Shown: positions 18,318 to 27,263 of the stretch, piece by piece | How positions within the stretch are numbered: the first letter of the stretch is position 1 | How the letters are laid out: each line of letters begins with the position of its first letter | Assembly: GCA_025774865.1 (NCBI GenBank) | Contig: JALGZO010000206.1 | Span: forward strand, 1 to 40,402 | Reading direction: 5' to 3' | Length of the DNA: 40,402 nt | From: a bacterium | GTDB taxonomy: Bacteria; ARS69 | The notes under the pieces: model-generated | What the model was told of the DNA's origin: nothing | Databases searched by the model: none | Seen by the model: the letters and a program-made list of their open reading frames with translations, nothing else | Made by a program: the position numbers and the translations under genes

Positions 18318-19580
18318 TCACCGGAACAACCGGCGCACTTCCTCGATGCCGCCGGCGAGAGCATCGAGGTCTTCGCGGGTATTATAGACCGAAAGCGAAG
18401 CCCTCACGGTCGCCGGCAACCCGAACCGGTCCATCACCGGCTGGGCGCAATGGTGTCCGGTCCGAACGGCGATTCCCTCATGGTCCAGGATCGTCCCGAT
18501 GTCGTGCGGATGGACCCCGTCGAGGACGAACGACAGGACGGCCGACTTCTCCGGAGCGGTTCCGACGAGCCGCAGTCCTTCGACGGCCGAGAGACGTCCC
18601 GTGCCGTACTCGAGAAGCTCGTGCTCGTAGGCCGCGATCCTCTCCACGCCGGTGTCGGCCAGGAAGTCGATCGCCGCGCCGAGCCCCACCGCCCCGGCGA
18701 TGTTGGGGGTGCCCGCTTCGAACTTTCCGGGTAGGTCCGCGTAGGTCGTGCCCTCGAACGAAACCCGCTCGATCATGTCGCCTCCGCCCATCCAGGGCGG
18801 CATGCTCTCGAGGTGCTCACGCTTTCCCCAGAGAACTCCGATTCCCGTCGGCCCGAACATCTTGTGCCCGGAGACCGTGTAGAAGTCGCAGCCGAGATCC
18901 GGCAAATCGATAGGAAGGTGAGCGGCGACCTGCGCCCCGTCGAGGAGGACCACGGCCCCGACGCCGTGGCCCGCTTCGACGATCCGCTTCACCGGATTGA
19001 CCGTACCCAGAGCGTTCGACGCGTGCACGACGGCGACGATTCGTGTTCTCTCGGAGAGAAGCTTCTCGAACTCGTCCCAGATGAGAGCGCCGTCGTCGTC
19101 GATCGGAGCGGCGCGCAGGGTGGCGCCGGTCTGCTCGCAGGCGAGCTGCCAGGGGACGATGTTCGAATGGTGTTCCATCACGGTGACGAGGATCTCGTCG
19201 CCGGGGCCCAGGCGCGGGCGCGCGAAGGCTTGCGCGACGAGATTGATGCCCTCGGTCGCGCCGCGGACGAAGATGCACTCCGCCGGGTCGGCAGCGCCGA
19301 GGAACGCTTTGGCTTTCTCGCGGGCTCCTTCGTACGCCTCGGTGGCTTCGTGGCTCAACCGGTGGACGCCCCGGTGCACGTTCGAGTTGTGGTGGCGATA
19401 GAAGTCGCAGACCGCCTCGATGACGCTTTGGGGCTTCTGGGTCGTGGCGGCCGAGTCGAGATAGACGATGCGCCGCCCCGCGACCTCCCGGGCCAGCAGC
19501 GGGAACTGGGCCCGGATCCGGTCCACGTCCAGCGGCGGAGCGGACGGGGGAGGCGTTGACGTACGGACCGCGGACCTCAC
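18318..19580 (-). CDS. sufS: Cysteine desulfurase, SufS (class II)
   Basis: GTG start 7 nt after AGGAG. PLP lysine in YTVSGHKMFGPTGIGVL and catalytic Cys in RTGHHCAQP. Confidence 0.92.
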   Translation of the reverse strand: MRSAVRTSTPPPSAPPLDVDRIRAQFPLLAREVAGRRIVYLDSAATTQKPQSVIEAVCDFYRHHNSNVHRGVHRLSHEATEAYEGAREKAKAFLGAADPAECIFVRGATEGINLVAQAFARPRLGPGDEILVTVMEHHSNIVPWQLACEQTGATLRAAPIDDDGALIWDEFEKLLSERTRIVAVVHASNALGTVNPVKRIVEAGHGVGAVVLLDGAQVAAHLPIDLPDLGCDFYTVSGHKMFGPTGIGVLWGKREHLESMPPWMGGGDMIERVSFEGTTYADLPGKFEAGTPNIAGAVGLGAAIDFLADTGVERIAAYEHELLEYGTGRLSAVEGLRLVGTAPEKSAVLSFVLDGVHPHDIGTILDHEGIAVRTGHHCAQPVMDRFGLPATVRASLSVYNTREDLDALAGGIEEVRRLFR

Positions 19581-19590
19581 GTGACGACTC

Positions 19591-20898
19591 CTAAACGGTC
19601 GATAGCCTCTCCGCCACGATGGCCGAGAGGCGATCCCGCACCGGTTCGAGATCCATCCGGTCGAGGATCTCGTTGATGAACGCGAAGACGAGGAGCCGGC
19701 GAGCCGTCTTCTCGTCGATCCCGCGGGCGCGACAGTAGAACACCGCCTGTTCGTCGATCTGGCCGATGGACGCGCCGTGGGTGCACTTCACGTCGTCGGC
19801 GTAGATCTCGAGTTGCGGCTTCGTCTCGACGAGCGCGTCGTCCGACAGGAGCAGATTCTTGTTCGACTGAACGGCGTCGGTCTTCTGCGCGTCCTCGTCG
19901 ACGATGATACGTCCCGTGAACATGGCCTTTCCCTCGTCGCCGAGAACACCGCGGTAGTACTGGCGGCTCTTGCAGTTGGGGCGAGCGTGCCGGACCCTCA
20001 TGCGGCTGTCGTGCAGCTGCGTGCCGCGCGGTACGTACATTCCGTTGAGCACCGACATGCAGCGCTCGCCGTTGAGTGTCGGGAACACGTTGTTCCGCAC
20101 GAGTGCGCCTCCGAGAAGCGCGGAGTGGGATGCGAAGTCGCTGTCGGTTCGCTGGTCGACGTACAGAGTGGAGACGCTGTACGACGCGATGCTGCCGCGC
20201 TCGATCAGGTAGTGCCGCGCGGTCGCCCGCTTGCCGACGAAGACCTCGGTGACGGGATTCGTGAACCCGGCGCCGTCGCCGATGGCGACGTAGTCCTCGA
20301 TGAGCGTAGCTCGCGCGCCGTCTTCCACGACGAAGAGCGTGCGGGGATGCGTCATGGACGGCTCGGAGTCGTCGGTGGTGACGAAGAGCGCGTGAACCGG
20401 GCCCGGGAGCTCCACCCCGGCCGGCACGTGCACGAAGACGCCGTCGTCCAGGAACGCCGTGTTGAGCGCCGTGAACGCCTCGTCCTCGCCTTCGGTGAGG
20501 CGACCGAGGTGCGGCTTCACGAGCTCGGGCGTCTCGGCCAGGGCCGCGGCCAGGTTCGCGACGCGGACACCGTCCGGCAGGTGGTCGATGTTCGAACGAT
20601 CTTCATCGAAACGGCCGTCGACGAAGACCAACCGGGATCCATCGAGGCCGTCGAACCCGAGCCCCTCGAGATTCGCGGCCGGCGCCCCGCCGTTCCGGTT
20701 AGCCAGAAAGAAGGAGCCGCCGGCGATGGGCCGCACGTCCGTGAACCGCCAGTCCTCGTGCTTCAGGGTGGGGAAGCCGAGCTCCTCGAACCGGTCCCAG
20801 CCCCGGGTCCGCAGCTCCGCGACCCAGTCGGGAGCCCCGCGGCCTCGTTCCTCGCGGAAGGCGGCCCAGGTGTCGCGCCACGTGTTCTTCTCGATCAT
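19591..20898 (-). CDS. sufD: Fe-S cluster assembly protein SufD
   Basis: The real start is ATG 20898 (MIEKNTWRD...). C-terminal SufB/D beta-helix motifs are present (KTDAVQSNKNLLLSD..., KPQLEIYADDVKCTHGASIG). Confidence 0.88.
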   Translation of the reverse strand: MIEKNTWRDTWAAFREERGRGAPDWVAELRTRGWDRFEELGFPTLKHEDWRFTDVRPIAGGSFFLANRNGGAPAANLEGLGFDGLDGSRLVFVDGRFDEDRSNIDHLPDGVRVANLAAALAETPELVKPHLGRLTEGEDEAFTALNTAFLDDGVFVHVPAGVELPGPVHALFVTTDDSEPSMTHPRTLFVVEDGARATLIEDYVAIGDGAGFTNPVTEVFVGKRATARHYLIERGSIASYSVSTLYVDQRTDSDFASHSALLGGALVRNNVFPTLNGERCMSVLNGMYVPRGTQLHDSRMRVRHARPNCKSRQYYRGVLGDEGKAMFTGRIIVDEDAQKTDAVQSNKNLLLSDDALVETKPQLEIYADDVKCTHGASIGQIDEQAVFYCRARGIDEKTARRLLVFAFINEILDRMDLEPVRDRLSAIVAERLSTV

Positions 20899-20920
20899 CA
20901 CCGTCAACTCTCGCCCCCTC

Positions 20921-21679
20921 TCAAGCGGCCGGGGCCGTTTCGAGCCAGGAGTACCCCTTCTCCTCGAGCTCGAGCGCGAGCTCCTTTCCTCCCGACTTCT
21001 CGATGCGTCCATTCACGAGCACGTGAACGTAGTCCGGTTGCACGTAATCGAGCAGCCGCTGGTAGTGCGTGATCACGAGCATGCAGCGGTCGGGCGAGCG
21101 AAGCTCGTTGATGCCGTCGGCGACGATGCGCAACGCGTCGATGTCGAGGCCCGAGTCCGTCTCGTCGAGGATCGCGACCCGAGGTTCCAATACCGCCATC
21201 TGGAAGATCTCGTGCCGCTTCTTCTCACCGCCGGAGAACCCCTCGTTCACGGAGCGCCGGAGGAAGGCCTCGTCCATCTGCACGAGAGAGAGCTTCTCCC
21301 TCGCGCGCTTCAGGAAGTCCAGGGCGTCGACTGGGGGCTCGCCCCGATGCTCCAGGACCGCGTTGTACGACGTCTTCAGAAACTCGAGGGTCGAGACCCC
21401 CGGAATCTCCACCGGGTACTGGAACGCCATGAAGAGACCCTCGCGCGCTCGCTCGTCGGACGCCATCTCCAGGACGTCCTTGCCGTCCAGGAGGATTTCG
21501 CCGTCGGTGACCACGTAGTTCTCGTGGCCGGCGAGGACCTGGGCGAGCGTGCTCTTCCCAGAACCGTTCGGGCCCATCATCGAGTGAACCTCGCCGGCGT
21601 CCACCGTGAGGTCGATACCGCGCAGGATCTGCTTGTCCTCCACCGACACGTGCAGGTTTCTGATCTCCAGCAAGCTCAT
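20921..21679 (-). CDS. sufC: Fe-S cluster assembly ATPase SufC
   Basis: The real start is ATG 21679 (MSLLEIRNLHVSV...). Walker A GPNGSGKST, an ABC signature (FSGGEKKR) and Walker B (AILDETDSGLD) are present. Only the last 252 codons of ORF 20921..22432 are genuine. Confidence 0.93.
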   Translation of the reverse strand: MSLLEIRNLHVSVEDKQILRGIDLTVDAGEVHSMMGPNGSGKSTLAQVLAGHENYVVTDGEILLDGKDVLEMASDERAREGLFMAFQYPVEIPGVSTLEFLKTSYNAVLEHRGEPPVDALDFLKRAREKLSLVQMDEAFLRRSVNEGFSGGEKKRHEIFQMAVLEPRVAILDETDSGLDIDALRIVADGINELRSPDRCMLVITHYQRLLDYVQPDYVHVLVNGRIEKSGGKELALELEEKGYSWLETAPAA

Positions 21680-21699
21680 GCTCTTCTCGATCTCCTTGT

Positions 21700-23139
21700 C
21701 TATCCGACCGAGCCTTCGAGGCTCACGCTCAGAAGCTTCCGGGCCTCCACCGCGAACTCCATCGGGAGCTCGCGGAAGACCTCCTTGCAGAATCCATTGA
21801 CGATCATCGAGACCGCGTCTTCCATCTCGATGCCACGGCTCATGCAGTAGAACAACTGGTCCTCGCCGATCTTCGAAGTCGTCGCCTCGTGCTCGACCTT
21901 GGCGGTTCGGTTCCGCACGTCGAGGTAGGGGAACGTGTGCGCACCGCACTCGTCGCCGATGAGCATCGAATCGCACTGCGTGAAGTTGCGGGCGTTTCCC
22001 GCCCCCTTGCCGATCCGGACCAGTCCGCGGTATGAGTTCTGACCGTGTACGGCGGAAATCCCCTTCGAGATGATCGTGGATCGGGTGTTCTTGCCGAGGT
22101 GGATCATCTTCGTGCCGGTATCCGCCTGCTGTCGTCCGCTCGTGAGCGCGACGGAGTAGAACTCGCCGACCGTGTCGTCCCCCTTGAGGATGCAGCTCGG
22201 GTACTTCCAGGTGATCGCGGAGCCCGTCTCCACCTGCGTCCACGAAATGCGGCTGCGGTCGCCTTTGCAGATGCCCCGCTTCGTCACGAAGTTGTAGATG
22301 CCGCCCCGCCCGTCCTCGTCGCCGGGGTACCAGTTCTGGATCGTCGAGTACTTGATCTGCGCGTCCTCGAGCGCCACGAGCTCCACCACCGCGGCGTGCA
22401 GCTGGTTCTCGTCGCGCATCGGCGCGGTGCACCCCTCGAGGTAGCTGACGTAACTCCCCTTGTCCGCCACGATGAGCGTGCGCTCGAACTGGCCGGTGGA
22501 CGCGGCGTTGATGCGGAAGTACGTGGAAAGCTCCATCGGACAGTGGACGCCGGGCGGTACGTAGACGAAGGACCCGTCCGTGAAGACGGCCGAGTTGAGA
22601 GTCGCGAAGTAGTTGTCGGAGTAAGGGACGACCGTTCCCATGTACTTCCGGATGAGCTCGGGGTGCTCCCGGACCGCCTCGGAGAACGAGCAGAAGATGA
22701 TCCCGAGCTCGGCGAGCTTCTCCTTGAACGTCGTGGCGACGGAGACCGAGTCGAAGACGGCGTCGACCGCGACTCCGGCCAGCGCCATCCGCTCGTCCAG
22801 CGGGATCCCGAGCTTTTCGTAAGTTTCGAGGAGCTTGGGATCGACCTCATCGAGGCTGTTCGGCCTCTTCTTGGGGGCCGCGTAGTAACTGATGGCCTGG
22901 TAGTCGATGGGGGAGTGGTGGAGCTTGGGCCACTGCGGCTCCTCCATCGTCAGCCATTGCCGGTAGGCCTTGAGCCGCCACTCGGTCATCCACTCCGGCT
23001 CGTCCTTCTTCCCCGAGATATGGCGGACGACGGCTTCGTCGAGGCCCGGCGGCAGGAACTCCTGCTCGATGTCGGTGACGAAGCCGTACTTGTAGTCCCG
23101 CTTTGCGAACTCGTGAAGGGTATTCTCCGTGCTACTCAT
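21700..23139 (-). CDS. sufB: Fe-S cluster assembly scaffold SufB
   Basis: 479 aa with typical SufB sequence throughout (YKYGF..., FVYVPPGV..., [15 protein letters not shown]..., [23 protein letters not shown]). Confidence 0.95.
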   Translation of the reverse strand: MSSTENTLHEFAKRDYKYGFVTDIEQEFLPPGLDEAVVRHISGKKDEPEWMTEWRLKAYRQWLTMEEPQWPKLHHSPIDYQAISYYAAPKKRPNSLDEVDPKLLETYEKLGIPLDERMALAGVAVDAVFDSVSVATTFKEKLAELGIIFCSFSEAVREHPELIRKYMGTVVPYSDNYFATLNSAVFTDGSFVYVPPGVHCPMELSTYFRINAASTGQFERTLIVADKGSYVSYLEGCTAPMRDENQLHAAVVELVALEDAQIKYSTIQNWYPGDEDGRGGIYNFVTKRGICKGDRSRISWTQVETGSAITWKYPSCILKGDDTVGEFYSVALTSGRQQADTGTKMIHLGKNTRSTIISKGISAVHGQNSYRGLVRIGKGAGNARNFTQCDSMLIGDECGAHTFPYLDVRNRTAKVEHEATTSKIGEDQLFYCMSRGIEMEDAVSMIVNGFCKEVFRELPMEFAVEARKLLSVSLEGSVG

Positions 23140-23639
23140 CTCTCTCCCAGGGCTTTCGAGAGACGCGTTGGAACCGGGATGAACTGCGGGACCGGTCCGA
23201 TCGCGCCGAGGTGGTCGCTCATCAGGTCACGAAGCGTGACGTTCGCCAGGAACTCTTGTATCCGGTCGTTCAGCTTTCGGACGGAGCTTGTGACGGGGCA
23301 TCCCACGAAGACGTTGCACTCCACGCAACCCGTATCTTCGTCTTCCGCGCAGCACGCGACGACTTTCACCGGGCCCTCCATCGCCTCGATCACGTCGCGA
23401 ACGGAGATCCGCTCGGCGGAGCGGGCGAGCGCGTAACCGCCCCGCGCTCCGCGGGTGGAGCTCACCAGTCCGGATCCGACGAGATCCTTGAGGACATTCA
23501 TGAGGACCGGCACCGGCACGTTGTGCCGCTCCGCGATCCGACGCGCGCTGACGGCGGTGGGCTCGGAGCGGCTGGGCTCCTCGGCGAGGCGGGCCAGCGC
23601 CACCAGCGCGTAATCGGTCCTTTTTGTGAATCCGAGCAC
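23136..23639 (-). CDS. Rrf2-family transcriptional regulator (IscR-like), first gene of the suf operon
   Basis: GTG start after GAGGG. N-terminal w[22 protein letters not shown]...[23 protein letters not shown]. Cys-rich segment [25 protein letters not shown] overlap with sufB. Confidence 0.88.
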   Translation of the reverse strand: MLGFTKRTDYALVALARLAEEPSRSEPTAVSARRIAERHNVPVPVLMNVLKDLVGSGLVSSTRGARGGYALARSAERISVRDVIEAMEGPVKVVACCAEDEDTGCVECNVFVGCPVTSSVRKLNDRIQEFLANVTLRDLMSDHLGAIGPVPQFIPVPTRLSKALGER

Positions 23640-23677
23640 GATTCCCTCGATCTGGAGAGGCGGCCGCGAGCCATCCT

Positions 23678-23702
23678 AATTAGTACCGATATTGTACGGA
23701 TT
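23678..23702 (-). promoter_or_regulatory. Imperfect palindrome AATTAGTAC-N7-GTACGGATT in an AT-rich patch; candidate Rrf2 operator overlapping a TACAAT -10-like box
   Basis: Lies 39-63 nt upstream of the rrf2 GTG. 7 of 9 half-site positions are complementary. The minus strand reads AATCCGTACAATATCGGTACTAATT and contains TACAAT. It sits in the most AT-rich stretch I noticed in the window. Confidence 0.35.
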
Positions 23703-23840
23703 CCAGCCGGTGAGGGAACCCCCTATTTGGATTTTTCTGCGGCTTTTCGGGCGGCCCAGGCGCCGGGGACAGCCCCGGCCGGGTGGGCCGGCAACTCGCC
23801 GGGGCCTCTCCTCGTAGCAGGGAGGGACGGAGGGAGGCCC

Positions 23841-24740
23841 ATGAGACGGATCGGCTGGAGCAGTGGAGCAGTTCTCGCGGTGATCGCGGCGGCGTCGGCG
23901 GTCGGCGCCGAGGAGATCGATCGACATTTCCACGAGGGATTCGACGTGAAGGAGGGTGCGCGACTGCACCTCAATCACGGTGATGGCGACGTGGCGTTCG
24001 AGGTCTGGGACCGCGACGTGGTCGACATTGAAGTGACTTATCGAGCCACCATCAAGCAGGGCGGCATCGGCACGAAGGACCAGGTCGACTTCACGGCGGA
24101 GTTCACGCAGCAAGACGACGAGATTCGCGTGGTCGGACACGAGTCGCGCGTCCACGCGGTCATGATCGGCTTCGTCTCGAAGAACGTGCACGAATACGTG
24201 TACGCGGTGAAGGGGCCGGCCTGGCTCGAGGTGAGGACGGAAGGCCAGGATGGGGCGGTCTCGATCGAAGGCCTCGCCGGAACGGCGGACCTCGAGCTGC
24301 AGGACGGCGACCTGTCTCTCACGGACTGCGCGCTGGACCGCGCCCGGGTGAGGATGCAGGACGGCGACTTCGACGCGGTCCGCTGCTCGGGCGACCTCGA
24401 CATCCGGACCCAGGACGGGCGGGTGCGACTGCGTGATCACGGTGCCGGTCCGCTGACGGTGCGAGCTCAGGACGGGGACGTTCGCCTGGAGCTCGTGGCG
24501 GGCGCGAGTCCCGAGCTCGACGTGCGCGTGGCGGACGGTGACGTCACGGTGGGCCTCGCGGACGGCGTCTCCACCGAGTTTCTCCTGCTGACCGACGACG
24601 GCCGGGTCCGAGTCGATCTGGTCGATGTGAAGAACCTGGAGAAGAGCGGTCCGGGAACCTACGGGGAGATCGGCGGCGGGGAGGGCACGATCCGCATCGA
24701 GTCGAAGGACGGCTCGATCACGCTGCGCGACGTCGGGTAG
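23841..24740 (+). CDS. Secreted DUF4097-like beta-helical repeat protein
   Basis: ATG 23841 follows GGAGGGAGG. Signal-peptide-like N-terminus (MRRIGWSSGAVLAVIAAASAVGA). Repeated (Q/A)DGD(V/L/F)-x-(V/L) units run through the C-terminal two thirds. Confidence 0.7.
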   Translation: MRRIGWSSGAVLAVIAAASAVGAEEIDRHFHEGFDVKEGARLHLNHGDGDVAFEVWDRDVVDIEVTYRATIKQGGIGTKDQVDFTAEFTQQDDEIRVVGHESRVHAVMIGFVSKNVHEYVYAVKGPAWLEVRTEGQDGAVSIEGLAGTADLELQDGDLSLTDCALDRARVRMQDGDFDAVRCSGDLDIRTQDGRVRLRDHGAGPLTVRAQDGDVRLELVAGASPELDVRVADGDVTVGLADGVSTEFLLLTDDGRVRVDLVDVKNLEKSGPGTYGEIGGGEGTIRIESKDGSITLRDVG

Positions 24741-24745
24741 AGCGT

Positions 24746-25153
24746 CTACCCCTCGCAGAGCTCGATCAGGATCCCGGCCGTCGACTTGGGGTGAAGGAAC
24801 GCGATCTTCTTGCCCCCCGCGCCGACGCGCGGTTCGCGGTCGATCAGCTCGACGCCCGCCGCCTCGATCTCCTTCAACGTGGCAGCGAGATCCTCCACCC
24901 TCACCGTCACGTGGTGGATCCCGGGGCCGCGGCTCGCGATGAACCGGCCGATCGGCCCCTGGGGGTCGGTGGACTCGAGAAGCTCGAGCTCCGAGCCGCC
25001 GGCGTCGAGCTTCAGGACGCGGACCTTCTGGTCGGGGACCGCTTCTTCTTCGGTGACCCGGAATCCGAGCAACCGGGTGAACACGTCTCGGGCCGCTTCG
25101 AGATCCGCCACCGCGATGCCGAGGTGGTCGATGCCACGATAGCGCGGGGTCAT
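24746..25153 (-). CDS. mce: Methylmalonyl-CoA epimerase (VOC/glyoxalase fold)
   Basis: The real start is ATG 25153 (ATGA overlap with the mutase stop). 135 aa with [14 protein letters not shown]...[14 protein letters not shown]...[14 protein letters not shown]. Confidence 0.88.
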   Translation of the reverse strand: MTPRYRGIDHLGIAVADLEAARDVFTRLLGFRVTEEEAVPDQKVRVLKLDAGGSELELLESTDPQGPIGRFIASRGPGIHHVTVRVEDLAATLKEIEAAGVELIDREPRVGAGGKKIAFLHPKSTAGILIELCEG

Positions 25154-26730
25154 GGGCGGTAGACTCCCCAGACGTCGCGCAGCCCGTGGCAAATTTCGCC
25201 GAGCGACGCCTCGGCGCGCAGAGCGTCGACGATCGACTCCATGACGGGACCGTCGCCCTCGGCGGCCCGCTTCACCACGTGGAGCTTCGCCTCCACCACG
25301 TCGGCGTCGCGCGCGGCCTTGCGTTCCGCCAGGGCCCGCTTCTGATCCTCTTCGCTTTTCGGGTCCACCCTGAAGACGGGCGGCGGAGAGTCCTCCTCCT
25401 CGGCGTGCACGTTCACGCCGACCACGTGGGCGTCCCCCGACTCGATCGCGCGCTGGGCGCGAAACGCGGCTTCCTCGATCTCCCGGGTCTGGTATCCCTG
25501 CTCGATCGCCGCCACTGCGCCGCCCATTTCCTCGATCTTCTCGAGGTACTCGCCCGCGAGCCGCTCGACCTCGTCGGTGAGCCCTTCCACGAGGTCGGAG
25601 CCTCCGAGCGGATCGACCGCGTCGGCGACGCCCGTTTCCTCGGCGATCACCTGCTGCGTCCTCAGAGCGAGCTTCGCGGCCCCTTCCGACGGAAGGCCGA
25701 GCGCCTCGTCCCAGGAGTTCGTGTGCAGGCTCTGCGTGCCGCCGAGGACGGCGGCGAGGGCCTGCATCGCGGTCCGCACGACGTTGTTCAGTGGTTCCCG
25801 CGCGGTCAGGGTGGAACCGGCGGTCTGACTGTGGAAGCGGAGCATCCACGACTTGGGATTCTCGGCGGCGAACTCGTCCCGCATGATGCGCGCCCAGAGG
25901 CGCCGCGCGGCGCGAAACTTCGCGACCTCCTCGAAGAAGTGGTTGTGCACGTTGAAGAAGAAGGAGAGGCGCGGGGCGAATTCGTCGACGTCGAGGCCGG
26001 CGGCCTGGCCGGCCCGGACGTACTCCTTCGCGTTCGCGAACGTGAACGCGACCTCCTGTGCGGCCGTCGCGCCCGCCTCCCGGATGTGATAGCCGGAAAT
26101 CGAGATCGTGTTCCAGCGGGGGATGTGCTCCCGGCAGTAGCGGAAGATGTCCGCCGTCAGGCGCAGAGACTCCTTCGGCGGGAAGATGTACGTGCCCCGG
26201 GCGATGTATTCCTTGAGGAGGTCGTTCTGCGTGGTCCCCGACAGCGCCACCGGATCGATGCCGCGACGCTCGGCCAGAACCACCAGGAGACCGAGCAGCA
26301 CGGCGGCGGTCGAGTTGATCGTCATCGAGACGGACACCCGGTCGAGGGGGATGCCCTCGAAGAGGGTGTCGAGGTCGTGCACCGTGTCAATCGCGACCCC
26401 GGTTCGACCGACCTCGCCCGTGGCTGCCGGATCGTCGGAGTCGTAGCCCATCTGGGTGGGCAGATCGAATGCCACCGAGAGCCCGGACCCGCCCCGCTCG
26501 AGGAGGTAACGGAAGCGTCGGTTCGTTTCCGCGCTCGTGCCGAATCCCGAGTACTGGCGCATCGTCCAGAAGCGGCCGCGATACATGTTCGGATAGATGC
26601 CGCGGGTGAAGGGGTGACTTCCCGGCTCACCGGGCGCGACGGGGTGCGCCGGCCAGACTGCGGGGAGCTCGATCCCGGAAGACGTCTCGAACTTCTCCCG
26701 CCGTTCCGCGCGTCTCGCTTTCGTGCTCAC
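25150..26730 (-). CDS. mcmA: Methylmalonyl-CoA mutase, catalytic (substrate-binding) subunit; no fused B12 domain
   Basis: GTG start (GTGA overlap with BCCP). Shows [69 protein letters not shown]. Tyr60 and Arg178 match the MCM substrate signature. Confidence 0.92.
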   Translation of the reverse strand: MSTKARRAERREKFETSSGIELPAVWPAHPVAPGEPGSHPFTRGIYPNMYRGRFWTMRQYSGFGTSAETNRRFRYLLERGGSGLSVAFDLPTQMGYDSDDPAATGEVGRTGVAIDTVHDLDTLFEGIPLDRVSVSMTINSTAAVLLGLLVVLAERRGIDPVALSGTTQNDLLKEYIARGTYIFPPKESLRLTADIFRYCREHIPRWNTISISGYHIREAGATAAQEVAFTFANAKEYVRAGQAAGLDVDEFAPRLSFFFNVHNHFFEEVAKFRAARRLWARIMRDEFAAENPKSWMLRFHSQTAGSTLTAREPLNNVVRTAMQALAAVLGGTQSLHTNSWDEALGLPSEGAAKLALRTQQVIAEETGVADAVDPLGGSDLVEGLTDEVERLAGEYLEKIEEMGGAVAAIEQGYQTREIEEAAFRAQRAIESGDAHVVGVNVHAEEEDSPPPVFRVDPKSEEDQKRALAERKAARDADVVEAKLHVVKRAAEGDGPVMESIVDALRAEASLGEICHGLRDVWGVYRP

Positions 26731-27263
26731 GACGACCCCTTCTCTCGGAGGACGACGAGCACGTCACCTCCGACCACGGTGTCACCGGGCGCCACCCGGA
26801 TCTCGGCGACGATCCCATCGGCCTCGGAGGCGAGCTCGTTCTGCATCTTCATCGCCTCGACGACGATGACGGGCTTCCCGGCCTCGATCTCGTCGCCGAC
26901 GTTCACCGGAATGTCCACGACGACGCCCGGCATCGGCGCCGTGACGTCGGAAGGCCCTGCGTGACTCGGACCGTGGAACGCCTCGAGCGCGCGGGAGACG
27001 TCGTCTTGAACCCGAGCCTCGATCCTCTCGCCGTCGAGGGAGACGAACACCCGATCGCTCTCTCGGTCGAGGATCATCTCACGGCTGTGACCGTCGAGGA
27101 GGAGGGAGTGGAGCGACGAGTCGTGCAGAAGCGTGAGATCCGCCTCGACCGGACGATCGTCGAGTCGGACCTCGAGCCGATCGTCGTGTTCCGTAATGTC
27201 CACGACGTGCTCCTTGCCCTTCACGGTCACGTAGTAGCGGATGGTGGAGTGGACGGAGCTCAT
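26727..27263 (-). CDS. Biotin carboxyl carrier protein with an N-terminal extension
   Basis: The C-terminal biotinyl domain carries the [10 protein letters not shown] motif. ATGA overlap with the upstream biotin carboxylase. Confidence 0.85.
   Translation of the reverse strand: MSSVHSTIRYYVTVKGKEHVVDITEHDDRLEVRLDDRPVEADLTLLHDSSLHSLLLDGHSREMILDRESDRVFVSLDGERIEARVQDDVSRALEAFHGPSHAGPSDVTAPMPGVVVDIPVNVGDEIEAGKPVIVVEAMKMQNELASEADGIVAEIRVAPGDTVVGGDVLVVLREKGSS

Noticed and set aside
21700-23139. Checked SufB for an intein, and checked the other large housekeeping genes for inteins or frameshifts.
   Set aside because: SufB is 479 aa with continuous SufB-like sequence and no Cys/Ser...HN splicing-block insertion. 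ClpX, Lon and RapA also read through without interruption. No pseudogenes are evident.
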